A stretch of 64,000 bases of DNA from a virus, in the IMG/VR virus record IMGVR_UViG_3300005921_000006, positions 9,222 to 73,221 of that record; one strand, given 5' to 3'. Below, one piece after another: positions 48,562 through 56,932 of this stretch. Both the position numbers and the translations under genes were made by a program. Every line of letters begins with the position of its first letter. The first letter of the stretch is position 1. The notes under the pieces were generated by a model. It had not been told where the DNA came from and searched no databases. It was given only the letters and a program-made list of their open reading frames with translations.

Positions 48562-48945
48562 GTGAAGTGCGCGGGTAACCCCGCCTGCCCGTTCCCCCCG
48601 CTATTGGGTGGGGAATACTGCCAGGAGCACGAAATAGACCGGCGGATGCCGTTAACGTTGCACGAGATGAGCGGAGAGAGGATACGAATACTGGAAGAAG
48701 AGGGGGATTTGTGGCGAGGTTTTAGTCACCCGCCACGAGCAGAACGAGGGAGAGGAAGGCCAAAATTGATCGAAGAAACGGAAGAAAGTAGGCAGCGCAG
48801 AGCGCGAGCGAATACGTATTGTATGGTACGCTTACCGGAAGGCCGGTTGTGCCAGAATCCAATTCCACTGACCGAAACAATTTGCGAAGCCTGTAAAGAA
48901 CGTTTGCTGCCCACACGAAAGGACGAAGATGCTGCTAAGTTATAA
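48562..48945 (+). CDS. Cys-rich hypothetical protein with an AT-hook-like RGRGRP motif
   Basis: Two Cys clusters and GRGRPK. Confidence 0.6.
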   Translation: MKCAGNPACPFPPLLGGEYCQEHEIDRRMPLTLHEMSGERIRILEEEGDLWRGFSHPPRAERGRGRPKLIEETEESRQRRARANTYCMVRLPEGRLCQNPIPLTETICEACKERLLPTRKDEDAAKL

Positions 48946-49465
48946 CGAACTGGTGGAACTGGTTGCCGGTGGCACCATTATCAATTGCCCGCTGGAACTT
49001 GTAAACGGTGCAAGCGTCGATGTAACGTTGTCGGAAAAAATCTACACGGAAATGCACCTTTACAACACGGTAGACTTCCGCGAGCGTCAGCCGTTGAAGA
49101 TGCGGGAAGAAATTATCACCGAGTTGAACGGCTACCGTATCGAACCGGGAGAGTTTATCCTGGCGGCAACACAGCAGCTGTTTAATCTGCCGAGCGATAT
49201 TGCCGCTGAGTTTAAACTTAAAAGCTCCACGGCAAGAGTAGGCTTAAACCATTTATCGAGCGGGTGGGCGGACCCCACATGGCACGGCTCCGCGTTGACT
49301 TTGGAGTTCCACAACACCACGCGGTTTACGTCGATTCGGGTACGCCCCGGCGACCGGATAGGGCAGGTGGTGTTTTTCCGTTGCGCTCCTGTACCCGAGG
49401 AATACGCTTACGCCAAGCGCGGGCGCTACAACCGGGATGTTACGGCGCAGCCGATTAAGCCTTAA
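48929..49465 (+). CDS. dcd: dCTP deaminase
   Basis: N.AS.DVTL, PGEFILA.T, KSS.AR.GL, DP.W.G..LTLE and G.RIGQ.VF motifs. Confidence 0.92.
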   Translation: MLLSYNELVELVAGGTIINCPLELVNGASVDVTLSEKIYTEMHLYNTVDFRERQPLKMREEIITELNGYRIEPGEFILAATQQLFNLPSDIAAEFKLKSSTARVGLNHLSSGWADPTWHGSALTLEFHNTTRFTSIRVRPGDRIGQVVFFRCAPVPEEYAYAKRGRYNRDVTAQPIKP

Positions 49466-49474
49466 AATTAGGTA

Positions 49475-49503
49475 TTTAAAATTACCCGGTTTTAGGTTAT
49501 AGT
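49475..49503 (+). promoter_or_regulatory. Sigma70-type promoter
   Basis: TTTAAA-17 nt-TATAGT in an intergenic gap. Confidence 0.55.
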
Positions 49504-49536
49504 AGGTAAACGCGCCAAACGGAGGGCGCTGACGAA

Positions 49537-49908
49537 ATGAAAGTTCTAAGCGGATTGTTGGGAGCCGCCTTGGGAGCGGCTACTATTTTCTTCTTTGTTA
49601 CGGCGGTACATGCACAGGAAAAACCCAAGCTGGAACAGGTAAAGCCCCTGGACGACAAGGAAAAACTCGCCGTGCGCAGCGCCCAGTTGAAGCTGCAACA
49701 GGCGCAATCGGCGCTAATCGCTTCTCCGCAGTACCAGGCGTTTCAGGCCAGGCAGCAGGCGCTCCAGCAGACCGTAGACGCCCTTTACGCCGCCCATAAG
49801 GTTACGGTAAAGGAAGTAGCCCTGTGCGACGGTCCCGCGCCGGGAGACTGTGCCAAAGCGCTCGAGGGGGACTTGACGTTACAGCCGGTAGAGAAGGAGA
49901 AGAAATGA
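49537..49908 (+). CDS. Secreted coiled-coil protein
   Basis: Signal peptide ending VHA|Q; Gln-rich helix. Confidence 0.7.
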   Translation: MKVLSGLLGAALGAATIFFFVTAVHAQEKPKLEQVKPLDDKEKLAVRSAQLKLQQAQSALIASPQYQAFQARQQALQQTVDALYAAHKVTVKEVALCDGPAPGDCAKALEGDLTLQPVEKEKK

Positions 49909-50555
49909 ACCCCGTGGTGGATCGTTTACTAACCGGAGTCAGCCTCCTAGCCGCCATCAGCTTCCAGCACGCGCTAAAGCAGGGCGAACCGCTGATTGTG
50001 GAGCACCTTACGGACGATCTTCTTGCGCCCGCCTACATCCTCGCCAACGTCGCCCGCGACTTTAACACTCCACTGGTGGACGACTACGCGCTGTTGCGCA
50101 AGCGCACGGACGAGGAGCTGGACGCGCCCCCGGCGCTGGTAGCGGACCTGCTGGCGGGCGCGGGGTTTAGCGACACCCCGCGTACGTACCCGGAAGCCGC
50201 TCACGCGAACTGCTCCGCTGACGAAGTACATATCGAATACCTACCCGTGGGCGCGACATTTTATTTTGACTGTGGCGGCGGTAAGACGCGGCGCGGAACT
50301 TTAATCAGCAAAACCGCCAGCCGCGCCGTGGTAGAGTGGCAGGGCAAAGCGGAGTCCCGAACGTTCCACGACAATAGGAACGACAAGGACGTAACGATTA
50401 CCAGCGCGGGCAATTACCGCCAGGGTTGCGCCCTGGACTGCCCCGTAACCCCGATTCACCGCGTTATCGCCCCGGAGGACCGGACGTGGGCAGTCAATGC
50501 GTTTAAAGAGATGGTAGGGACGTTCGACGAACCGAAGAAAGGAAAACGGAAATGA
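49905..50555 (+). CDS. Hypothetical protein
   Basis: ATGA overlap; RBS AAGGAG. Confidence 0.7.
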   Translation: MNPVVDRLLTGVSLLAAISFQHALKQGEPLIVEHLTDDLLAPAYILANVARDFNTPLVDDYALLRKRTDEELDAPPALVADLLAGAGFSDTPRTYPEAAHANCSADEVHIEYLPVGATFYFDCGGGKTRRGTLISKTASRAVVEWQGKAESRTFHDNRNDKDVTITSAGNYRQGCALDCPVTPIHRVIAPEDRTWAVNAFKEMVGTFDEPKKGKRK

Positions 50556-50776
50556 CTTCGCCTGTCCTCCAGCAATTTGTTTATCCGCAACCTTTAGAAC
50601 TCGCCACGACCAGTTACCTTTCTCAGTTTGTACACGTAGGCTGCGGCGGCTCCCCTCGGCCAATCCCTAGCCACCGCGAGCTGGGCTGCACCAACTGTAA
50701 CCGGCTGTGGCCGTGGGAGCATACGCTGGGCGTGGCCGTGGCGGAGTCGGGTTTCGTATCGGCGGTGGTGGCGTGA
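50552..50776 (+). CDS. Small Zn-ribbon-like protein
   Basis: H..C...CTNC; coupled overlaps. Confidence 0.55.
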   Translation: MTSPVLQQFVYPQPLELATTSYLSQFVHVGCGGSPRPIPSHRELGCTNCNRLWPWEHTLGVAVAESGFVSAVVA

Positions 50777-51345
50777 AATCCTTTAAGCAGCGCCTAGCCG
50801 TAGTCGCCGCCCGCCCCGTCCCCGTAGAGGGAGCGCCGTTAGCGGAGCTGCTACAAGAATCGGTAAAGCAAGCCAAATCCGGTAAGCGCCCTAAGACCAC
50901 CACGGCGATCCTGGGAAAAGGCGTAGCCGTGCAAATGACAGCGGAAGGCGAGTTCGTACTCCCCGAAGACGAAGGGCTTTGCGCGGACCTGCTTTACCGC
51001 GCCCGCAATCGCAGGCTCGAAATTGAACGGGAAGCCGAGCGCGTAGCCAAGCTGGAGTCCCTGCTAAAGCAGCATTTTATCGAAACGCTTTCTGCGAACT
51101 CCACCGGGCTGGCGGGCCGCGAGGCGCTGGTAAAAGTGGAACCCAAGTCGGTGCCGCAGATTGGCGACTTTATGAAGCTGTGGCGCTACGCGGTAAAGCA
51201 TAACGCGCCAGAGCTGTTCCAAAGGCGGTTAAATGAAACGTCGGCGAACGAAAGGCTGGACGACCCCAAGCAGGCCAAGAAGTTCCTGGCGGAGTCGGGC
51301 GTGACGATTTTTCACGCGAAGAAGGTGTCGTGCACAAAACTTTAG
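50773..51345 (+). CDS. Conserved phage protein (coiled-coil, replication or recombination module)
   Basis: ADLLY..R..RL...E..LK...I...P...D......Y......L.QRR pattern. Confidence 0.7.
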   Translation: MKSFKQRLAVVAARPVPVEGAPLAELLQESVKQAKSGKRPKTTTAILGKGVAVQMTAEGEFVLPEDEGLCADLLYRARNRRLEIEREAERVAKLESLLKQHFIETLSANSTGLAGREALVKVEPKSVPQIGDFMKLWRYAVKHNAPELFQRRLNETSANERLDDPKQAKKFLAESGVTIFHAKKVSCTKL

Positions 51346-51453
51346 CTTGCCTCCGTTGTTTCGTCGCCTACCCGTGCTGGGTAGTTTGTCTGTTCGCGGG
51401 CCAATGCCTGGAGTGTAGGGCGCGGCTGGAAGAAATTTGCGAGGAGGTGTTGA

Positions 51454-51873
51454 TTGGACAACAATAGGAAACATGCAGGTTGGCCGTTGGAGCCGCCCGA
51501 AAGCAACTTGTCTTTAAAAGGAAGTGAAGTAACCGCCAAGAAAGTTTTTCCACCTGTGGAGTGGTGGGAGGAAGATAAGTGGTGGATTTGGTGGTTGCGA
51601 GTTATTTGCCGCTGGCTTTGGCGCTCTCCAATACTCCGGGCGCGATGGGCAAAACGTCCTTACTACGGGCCGTTGTGGGACGTTAAGGAAGGTTTCTTTT
51701 GGCAGCGTTGGATTTTTTCGCGCCGCTTTGTGCGGCGAGTTTGGGAAATAGGAAGCTATCAGGTGCAGGCAGCTAAACATTTTGAACGTGTGTCAGCCGC
51801 TTACCACCGTACTTCTATTGTTGGCGAGGACGCGCCGCTAAATGGCTTTGACGAGCACGGAAGAAAGCTGTAA
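51454..51873 (+). CDS. Trp-rich hypothetical protein
   Basis: 139-aa ORF inside the repeat-flanked module; start uncertain. Confidence 0.4.
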   Translation: MDNNRKHAGWPLEPPESNLSLKGSEVTAKKVFPPVEWWEEDKWWIWWLRVICRWLWRSPILRARWAKRPYYGPLWDVKEGFFWQRWIFSRRFVRRVWEIGSYQVQAAKHFERVSAAYHRTSIVGEDAPLNGFDEHGRKL

Positions 51874-51901
51874 CAGTATTTTAAATCCAAAGGAGGTCGC
51901 T

Positions 51902-52558
51902 ATGGCGACTAAAGAAGTAGTGGTAAAGCAGGCAGTCATTTCCGCTCCGAAGTTTGGGCGGGCAACGTTTGAACTAGTGGGAAGCGAAGTGCTGGTGGTT
52001 CATCGCTTTTCCGCCAAAACGAAAGCTCAGATGAAACAGAAAATGGAGCTAGGTAACGCTGGAGGTAACCGGAAGAACCGAGAAGCTAAGGCGACGGACG
52101 ACTTATATAACGAAGCTCGTTACGTTAGCGCAGAAGGATGGGATGGATTCCACGCCGGAGCGCTGCGGGCGGCGTTAATTTCGGCCTGTCGTCTGGTAGG
52201 CTTTAAGATGACCTTGGCCAAATTATCCATATTCGTGGAGGCTGATGGTCACGACGCCCAGGAACCGCAAATTCCTCTTATTCGTATTTACGGTAAATCC
52301 GTAAAGCAAGAGGACATGGCCCGCGTTGAGACGGGGCAGCCTTACGTCACCGTCCGCGCCGCCTACCACGGTTGGATTGCGCGCCCAGTTATTCGCTGGG
52401 ACACAAACCAGTTTACGCTAGAAGACGTAGCGAACCTGCTTACCCGTGTAGGGTTGCAAGTAGGTTTAGGCGAAGGCCGTCCCGACAGTAAGAACAGTGC
52501 GGGAATGGGTTGGGGGCTGTTTGAGCTGGGTAAAGCCCAGGAAAGGAAGGCCGCGTGA
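51902..52558 (+). CDS. Cas7/RAMP-like RNA-binding protein
   Basis: Beta-strand FELVG...LVVH, helix GALRAALISA, beta-hairpin VETGQPYVTVRAAYHGW and C-terminal Gly-rich loop VGLGEGRP....GMGWGLF; RBS AAGGAGG. Confidence 0.75.
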   Translation: MATKEVVVKQAVISAPKFGRATFELVGSEVLVVHRFSAKTKAQMKQKMELGNAGGNRKNREAKATDDLYNEARYVSAEGWDGFHAGALRAALISACRLVGFKMTLAKLSIFVEADGHDAQEPQIPLIRIYGKSVKQEDMARVETGQPYVTVRAAYHGWIARPVIRWDTNQFTLEDVANLLTRVGLQVGLGEGRPDSKNSAGMGWGLFELGKAQERKAA

Positions 52559-53001
52559 AAAAGGATTTGGTAAAACAAGAGCTGTTGCGCATCGCTAAGG
52601 AACATGGCGGCGAATTGCGGGCGGAAGTGGTGGTGGATGCGGCGAAGAGCAAAACTTCGCCGCTCCACGATAAGTTTACCTGGGACGACAGTGAAGCGGC
52701 AAAAGAGTATCGGCTGTGGCAGGCTCGTCAGCTTATTGTAAGTGTACGAGTTGAGTACGTTGGCGGCGAAGTGCAGGAAATTGGACAGGTGTTTGTAAGC
52801 CTGACGCCGGACCGTGTTAAGGAAGGAGGAGGCTACCGCGTGCTGAGCGAGGTAATGACCAACAGCACTCGCCGTCAGCAGTTGTTGGAAGATGCTTACG
52901 CGGAGATGGAGCGTTTTCGTCAGAAGTACGCCGTGTTAAAAGAGCTGGCTGAAGTATTTACTGCGATGCGGAAAGTAACAGGTCGTAAGAAAGCAGCGTA
53001 G
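52555..53001 (+). CDS. Partner protein of the Cas7-like gene (mostly helical)
   Basis: GTGA overlap; G.L....VVDAA....SPLH..F.WDD.EAA..YRL.QARQLI motif; its stop abuts the array. Confidence 0.8.
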   Translation: MKKDLVKQELLRIAKEHGGELRAEVVVDAAKSKTSPLHDKFTWDDSEAAKEYRLWQARQLIVSVRVEYVGGEVQEIGQVFVSLTPDRVKEGGGYRVLSEVMTNSTRRQQLLEDAYAEMERFRQKYAVLKELAEVFTAMRKVTGRKKAA

Positions 53002-53490
53002 CAGGGAACGGGCACGGACTGTTGGGGTTTAGCTGAACCAGGTGCGGCGGGGTCAGGTTTTGCAGGCAAGGATAGGTCCGTTGGGGTGTGGTTCGATATG
53101 GTCGGGTTTTGCAGGCGTGGAACAGAATGGTGCGGAACAGCTGGGATTGCTGCGGTTTCGCAGGCACGGTGTGGAGAGTTCTGGGCGAGGTTTGTTCAGT
53201 TTTGGCAAGAACTTGGCAGGCACTAGACTCCTTTTACTTGGCGTGGATGAGCAGGTAAGTCGCGGACTGGTTTAGCAAGAAAAGGCTGGGTGTCGCTTTG
53301 CAGGCGAGGCTAGCATAGGTGTAGTTGGGTAAGGCGCGGAAGGTTTGGGCGAGGACTAGTAGGCTTTGCAGGCTGGGCGCTGAGTGGCGGCGGTAAGAAA
53401 AGGTTAGGCATGGTTTTGCAGGCGAGGCTGGCATAGGTGTGGTAGGTATTCGGCACGTTTTTGCAGGTTCGGCTTGGAGGAGCAGGTTTC
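53001..53490 (+). ncRNA. Array of GCAGGY-delimited units made of NN-GGY pentamers (putative guide-RNA array)
   Basis: GCAGG at 53001, 53062, 53111, 53160, 53216, 53251, 53300, 53368, 53418, 53463 and 53482; 5-nt periodicity inside the units; no credible ORF. Confidence 0.8.
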
Positions 53491-53577
53491 AAAATGATTC
53501 TGAATACGGAAAAAGTAGAAGCGTACCATCCCGGCGTGTAACGCGCCGCTGGAAGAAATTTGCGTAGAGGAGTTAGT

Positions 53578-53787
53578 GTGCGGCGAGTACTAAAGACACC
53601 CCGCGTCTACGCTGTCCGGGTTACTTTCAAGACCGGAAAGATTGTAGACAAAATGCTGGGGATAGCTTTTACCGTTGCGCAGCGGCAAAAGTATTACGAC
53701 TGGTTCCAGAACTACCGCTGGCAGGAACGCCACGGAAACGATCTTGCAGACGTAAAATTCTATAGTGAGAAAATAGGAGAAAACTGA
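53578..53787 (+). CDS. Hypothetical protein
   Basis: RBS GAGGAG before GTG; ends just before the next ATG. Confidence 0.5.
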   Translation: MRRVLKTPRVYAVRVTFKTGKIVDKMLGIAFTVAQRQKYYDWFQNYRWQERHGNDLADVKFYSEKIGEN

Positions 53788-53788
53788 A

Positions 53789-54574
53789 ATGCCAAAACCG
53801 CCACAGAAGAAAGACGCGCTTGTAAAATGGAAAGAACGTCTTGCTAACGCCGCCGCCAGCGCCACTAAGGTTGTTGCCCAGGTGGGGGGTGGAGGAAACT
53901 TCATCTCTCTCAAGTCCGGTGTACTTTCCTACCAAAAGGCGATTATCCCAGAAAACAAAATGCGGGTAATCGTGCTGGCCCAGCTGCTGGAAAACCAATA
54001 TTACGACCAGCCCTTCGAGGAAGGCTCCCCCGCTTCCCCAGCGTGCTACGCCTACGGCACTACCGACCGTAAGACCATGAAGCCCGACCCGGAGCAGGTA
54101 GAGCACCCGGTAAGCGATAAATGCGACGGCTGCGAAAATAAAGAATTCGGCACTGCCGACCGGGGTAAGGGCAAAGCGTGCGCCGACGTAATGCGGTTAG
54201 CGATGATCACGGAAGGCGACCTGGGCGAGCTGGAAACCGCCGAAATCGCTTATATGAAGATTCCGTACTTCACCACGTTGGAGTGGGCCGGGTATGTGCG
54301 GCAGCTGAGCGACGTACATCACATTTCCCCGGTGGGTGGTACGGACGCGGACGGCGCGGTGCCTCCGGGGTTTATCACCCAGTTGGAAGTAGTGCCGGAC
54401 AAGAAAAGCCAGTTTCGCGTAAAGTTCAAGATGGTAGAAAAAATCGAGTTCGACGAAAAGAGCTTTACGGAGCTAGCGGCGCGGACGGCGGAAGCGCTGA
54501 AGTCGATTGCGTTTCCGTATCCGCGTTTTGATACCGTGAAAGAACAACCTAAGAAAGGAAAAGCGAGGCGCTAA
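53789..54574 (+). CDS. Putative single-stranded DNA-binding protein
   Basis: FIS.K.G, N.YY..PF...P.CYA, C..C....FG.A..GKGKAC..RLA pattern of Zn-binding phage SSB-like proteins. Confidence 0.65.
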   Translation: MPKPPQKKDALVKWKERLANAAASATKVVAQVGGGGNFISLKSGVLSYQKAIIPENKMRVIVLAQLLENQYYDQPFEEGSPASPACYAYGTTDRKTMKPDPEQVEHPVSDKCDGCENKEFGTADRGKGKACADVMRLAMITEGDLGELETAEIAYMKIPYFTTLEWAGYVRQLSDVHHISPVGGTDADGAVPPGFITQLEVVPDKKSQFRVKFKMVEKIEFDEKSFTELAARTAEALKSIAFPYPRFDTVKEQPKKGKARR

Positions 54575-54576
54575 AA

Positions 54577-55230
54577 ATGGAACGAGCGCTGAATAGTATT
54601 AACGAAACGCTGAAAGAAGCGGTGCACGAACTGCGCTGGATACGGGAGCTGCTGGAAAAGGCTCCCGTAGGGTTTACAATAAAGGAGACAGCCCTCCCCG
54701 ATGTCGCGGGTAAGAATTACCCGTGGAGGCCGGTGCCTAATTTAACCCCGACTCAAGAAAAGGAGTTTAAATTTCCCACCAAAGAAGCGTCTGCCTTGTT
54801 TAAAGCCTCGGCAGATTTATCCACAGCTATTCAAGAACGACTCAAAGGAGAACACATGACACTCGCAAAAGCAACCGCAGACCTGCAAATTCTCGACGAC
54901 GGCAAGGGCGTACTATTTACGCTTACCCCCGTGAACCGCGCCGGAGCGCCGGAGCCGCTCCCTTCGGGCATTACCGTTACCGGCACCAGCAGCGCCCCGG
55001 CGTCGCTGGCCAACCCCATCCCCGATCCGGGCGACCCCAACGCTACGCCGCCACGCCCGCCCGACACCACGGGGCTGGTATTCCTCAGCACCGTACCGCA
55101 ACCGCCCGTGGACGCCGTGAGCGTGGTGGTAACGTTTACCGCTCCGTTTGGCAGCACGGCGGCCAACCCGGTGGACGTAACGGCGGACGACTCGCCGGTG
55201 GGCTTTACCATTACGGAGAGTGCGTTGTAA
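54577..55230 (+). CDS. Hypothetical protein with a probable internal in-frame start at 54856
   Basis: Second RBS AAAGGAG before ATG 54856; PVGFTI.E.AL occurs twice. Confidence 0.6.
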   Translation: MERALNSINETLKEAVHELRWIRELLEKAPVGFTIKETALPDVAGKNYPWRPVPNLTPTQEKEFKFPTKEASALFKASADLSTAIQERLKGEHMTLAKATADLQILDDGKGVLFTLTPVNRAGAPEPLPSGITVTGTSSAPASLANPIPDPGDPNATPPRPPDTTGLVFLSTVPQPPVDAVSVVVTFTAPFGSTAANPVDVTADDSPVGFTITESAL

Positions 55231-55232
55231 GA

Positions 55233-55515
55233 AAGGCGCGGAGTAACTTCCGCGTGCGGTTGACGTACCGTCGCTAGCCCCGAGCGGTAGCGCAATGGCA
55301 AGGTAGAGGCGGATTGGACCCGTTGGGCCAACGGTTTAAAGTCTTTCCGTGAGTAACTTGCTTTAGAGTTTCGGGGAGATAGTACCGCGCTATCACGTCA
55401 ATCGCACGGGGAGGTTAGTCCTCTCCAACAGGAAGCCTAGACCCGGTAATCAAATCCGATAAAGGAACCCGCATAGGCTCAGGAACCTATAAGGCTAGGC
55501 CGCTCCGCCCTTGGG
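55233..55515 (+). ncRNA. Large structured non-coding RNA candidate
   Basis: 14-bp long-range helix 55253-55266/55395-55408 enclosing several hairpins; further stems to 55500; no ORF. Confidence 0.55.
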
Positions 55516-55528
55516 AAAGGAATTATAA

Positions 55529-55720
55529 ATGGGAGAAATGCAAATCTCTGACAGTGCTTATGCTTCTGCCGATGCAAATAGAGCGATGCGGCATTCTACG
55601 GCTTTACAAGAAGCAGTAGCAAAGCTGGGCAGTATAATCGCACAGTTGGAAAAACGTATAGCTATTTTGGAAAGCCAAGAAGATGCAAGACATGCAAAAG
55701 AATTGCTGGAGGTGAGATGA
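55529..55720 (+). CDS. Small coiled-coil protein
   Basis: RBS AAGGA; heptad pattern. Confidence 0.55.
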   Translation: MGEMQISDSAYASADANRAMRHSTALQEAVAKLGSIIAQLEKRIAILESQEDARHAKELLEVR

Positions 55721-55941
55721 CCTGGACCGAACTGAACACTGCGCTCCGCAATATGCGCACGGAGGCGGAAGTGCATAAGCTGTATGACGAACAGCGGTTG
55801 GCGGGTTGTTCGCAGCGCTTTGCCCACCGCATTTGGAGCCGCCTTACGGTGCTGCGTAAAAAGCGCGAACGGGCGGAAATTGACGCGGCTTATAAAGGGC
55901 CGCGTAGGAAGAAAGGAGTGCTTAATGCGCGTATTCGATAA
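55717..55941 (+). CDS. Conserved small phage protein
   Basis: TW.ELN..L....E.EV..L...RI..R...LR..RER.E motif; RBS GGAGGT. Confidence 0.7.
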   Translation: MTWTELNTALRNMRTEAEVHKLYDEQRLAGCSQRFAHRIWSRLTVLRKKRERAEIDAAYKGPRRKKGVLNARIR

Positions 55942-56932
55942 GCAGCGACGTATTCCTTTGTATAAAGAAAATGAGCTTTCTACGTTCAACGAAGAGTTGA
56001 ACTATTATCGAGAGTACAATCAATTTCCAGTAACGCTTTTCGGAAAACCTATCATCAACATATATAAGAATATCAATGTACAGGCAGTAGTTACTCGTCG
56101 GTGCAACTACCGCTGCGGGTTCTGCATAGAAAATGACGATTTGCTAGAAAACACAGTAAAGGAAATACCTTCCAGTGAATTGTTAGGTGAAGTTTTGCGA
56201 CAGTACGCTGAACAAGGCGTAAAACCGCACGTATCTATTACGGGCGGCGAGCCTACTCTTTTTCCTGGCAGGTTGCGCGACATCATAGCTGTGTGCAATT
56301 CTCATGGCGTAAAGCGATTGAATATAAACACTAACGGCACTAAGCTGGCCGCAATCGCAGACCTGAATGGTTTTCTAGTAAATCTTTCTCGTCATCACTA
56401 TCAAAGAAGCAAAATTGAAGAAATTTTCGAGCATACTTGTGAGGACGTCCCGCTACTACCTAAGAAAACAGTAATGCAATGCGTACTATTGGCGGGTTAC
56501 GTAGACAATTTACATGTAGTAAAACAGTATATGAGTCATTACATTTCGCAGGGTGCCGTGGGATTTTCGTTTCGAGGACTAAGCGCTCTCGATAGTTTTA
56601 AGGAATACAGCCGAGAAACTAGCTGGACGGCAGCGCATGAGGTAGATGTTTTTGCCTTCGCAAATGCTGTAGCCGCTGACCCAGAATTTGAGTTTGTGCA
56701 ACAGAAGATTGGAGATCACTACTGGTTTGAAATTTATAAATATAAAGGTTTTCCGATGCGCGTAACCTACAGCAATTTCTCTTGGCTGCGAGACGTAGAG
56801 ACAAAAGAGCGTTCAAAAGGTGAGTGGTTTAGCCGAGTAACGGTTGTATCACCATTTAACAAAGTGTACGCAGGATGGACTTACGACATCAACGAAGTTT
56901 ATTCTAAGCCCGAATTGGTGACCCTTCCGTGA
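55925..56932 (+). CDS. Radical SAM enzyme
   Basis: CNYRCGFC, SITGGEP, NTNG and NLSRHH motifs; RBS AAGGAG; AT-richer than its flanks. Confidence 0.9.
   Translation: MRVFDKQRRIPLYKENELSTFNEELNYYREYNQFPVTLFGKPIINIYKNINVQAVVTRRCNYRCGFCIENDDLLENTVKEIPSSELLGEVLRQYAEQGVKPHVSITGGEPTLFPGRLRDIIAVCNSHGVKRLNINTNGTKLAAIADLNGFLVNLSRHHYQRSKIEEIFEHTCEDVPLLPKKTVMQCVLLAGYVDNLHVVKQYMSHYISQGAVGFSFRGLSALDSFKEYSRETSWTAAHEVDVFAFANAVAADPEFEFVQQKIGDHYWFEIYKYKGFPMRVTYSNFSWLRDVETKERSKGEWFSRVTVVSPFNKVYAGWTYDINEVYSKPELVTLP

Noticed and set aside
53001-53490. Array as a canonical CRISPR array, or as the short ORFs in the track (53042..53275 and minus-strand ORFs)
   Set aside because: The constant part is only 5-9 nt, the intervening sequence is itself periodic, and no cas1/cas2 is present. 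The ORFs lack an RBS and are by-products of the G-rich pattern.
55254-55515. Group II intron (GTGCG start after a hairpin) or tmRNA
   Set aside because: No domain V, no reverse transcriptase, too short, and no tRNA-like ends.
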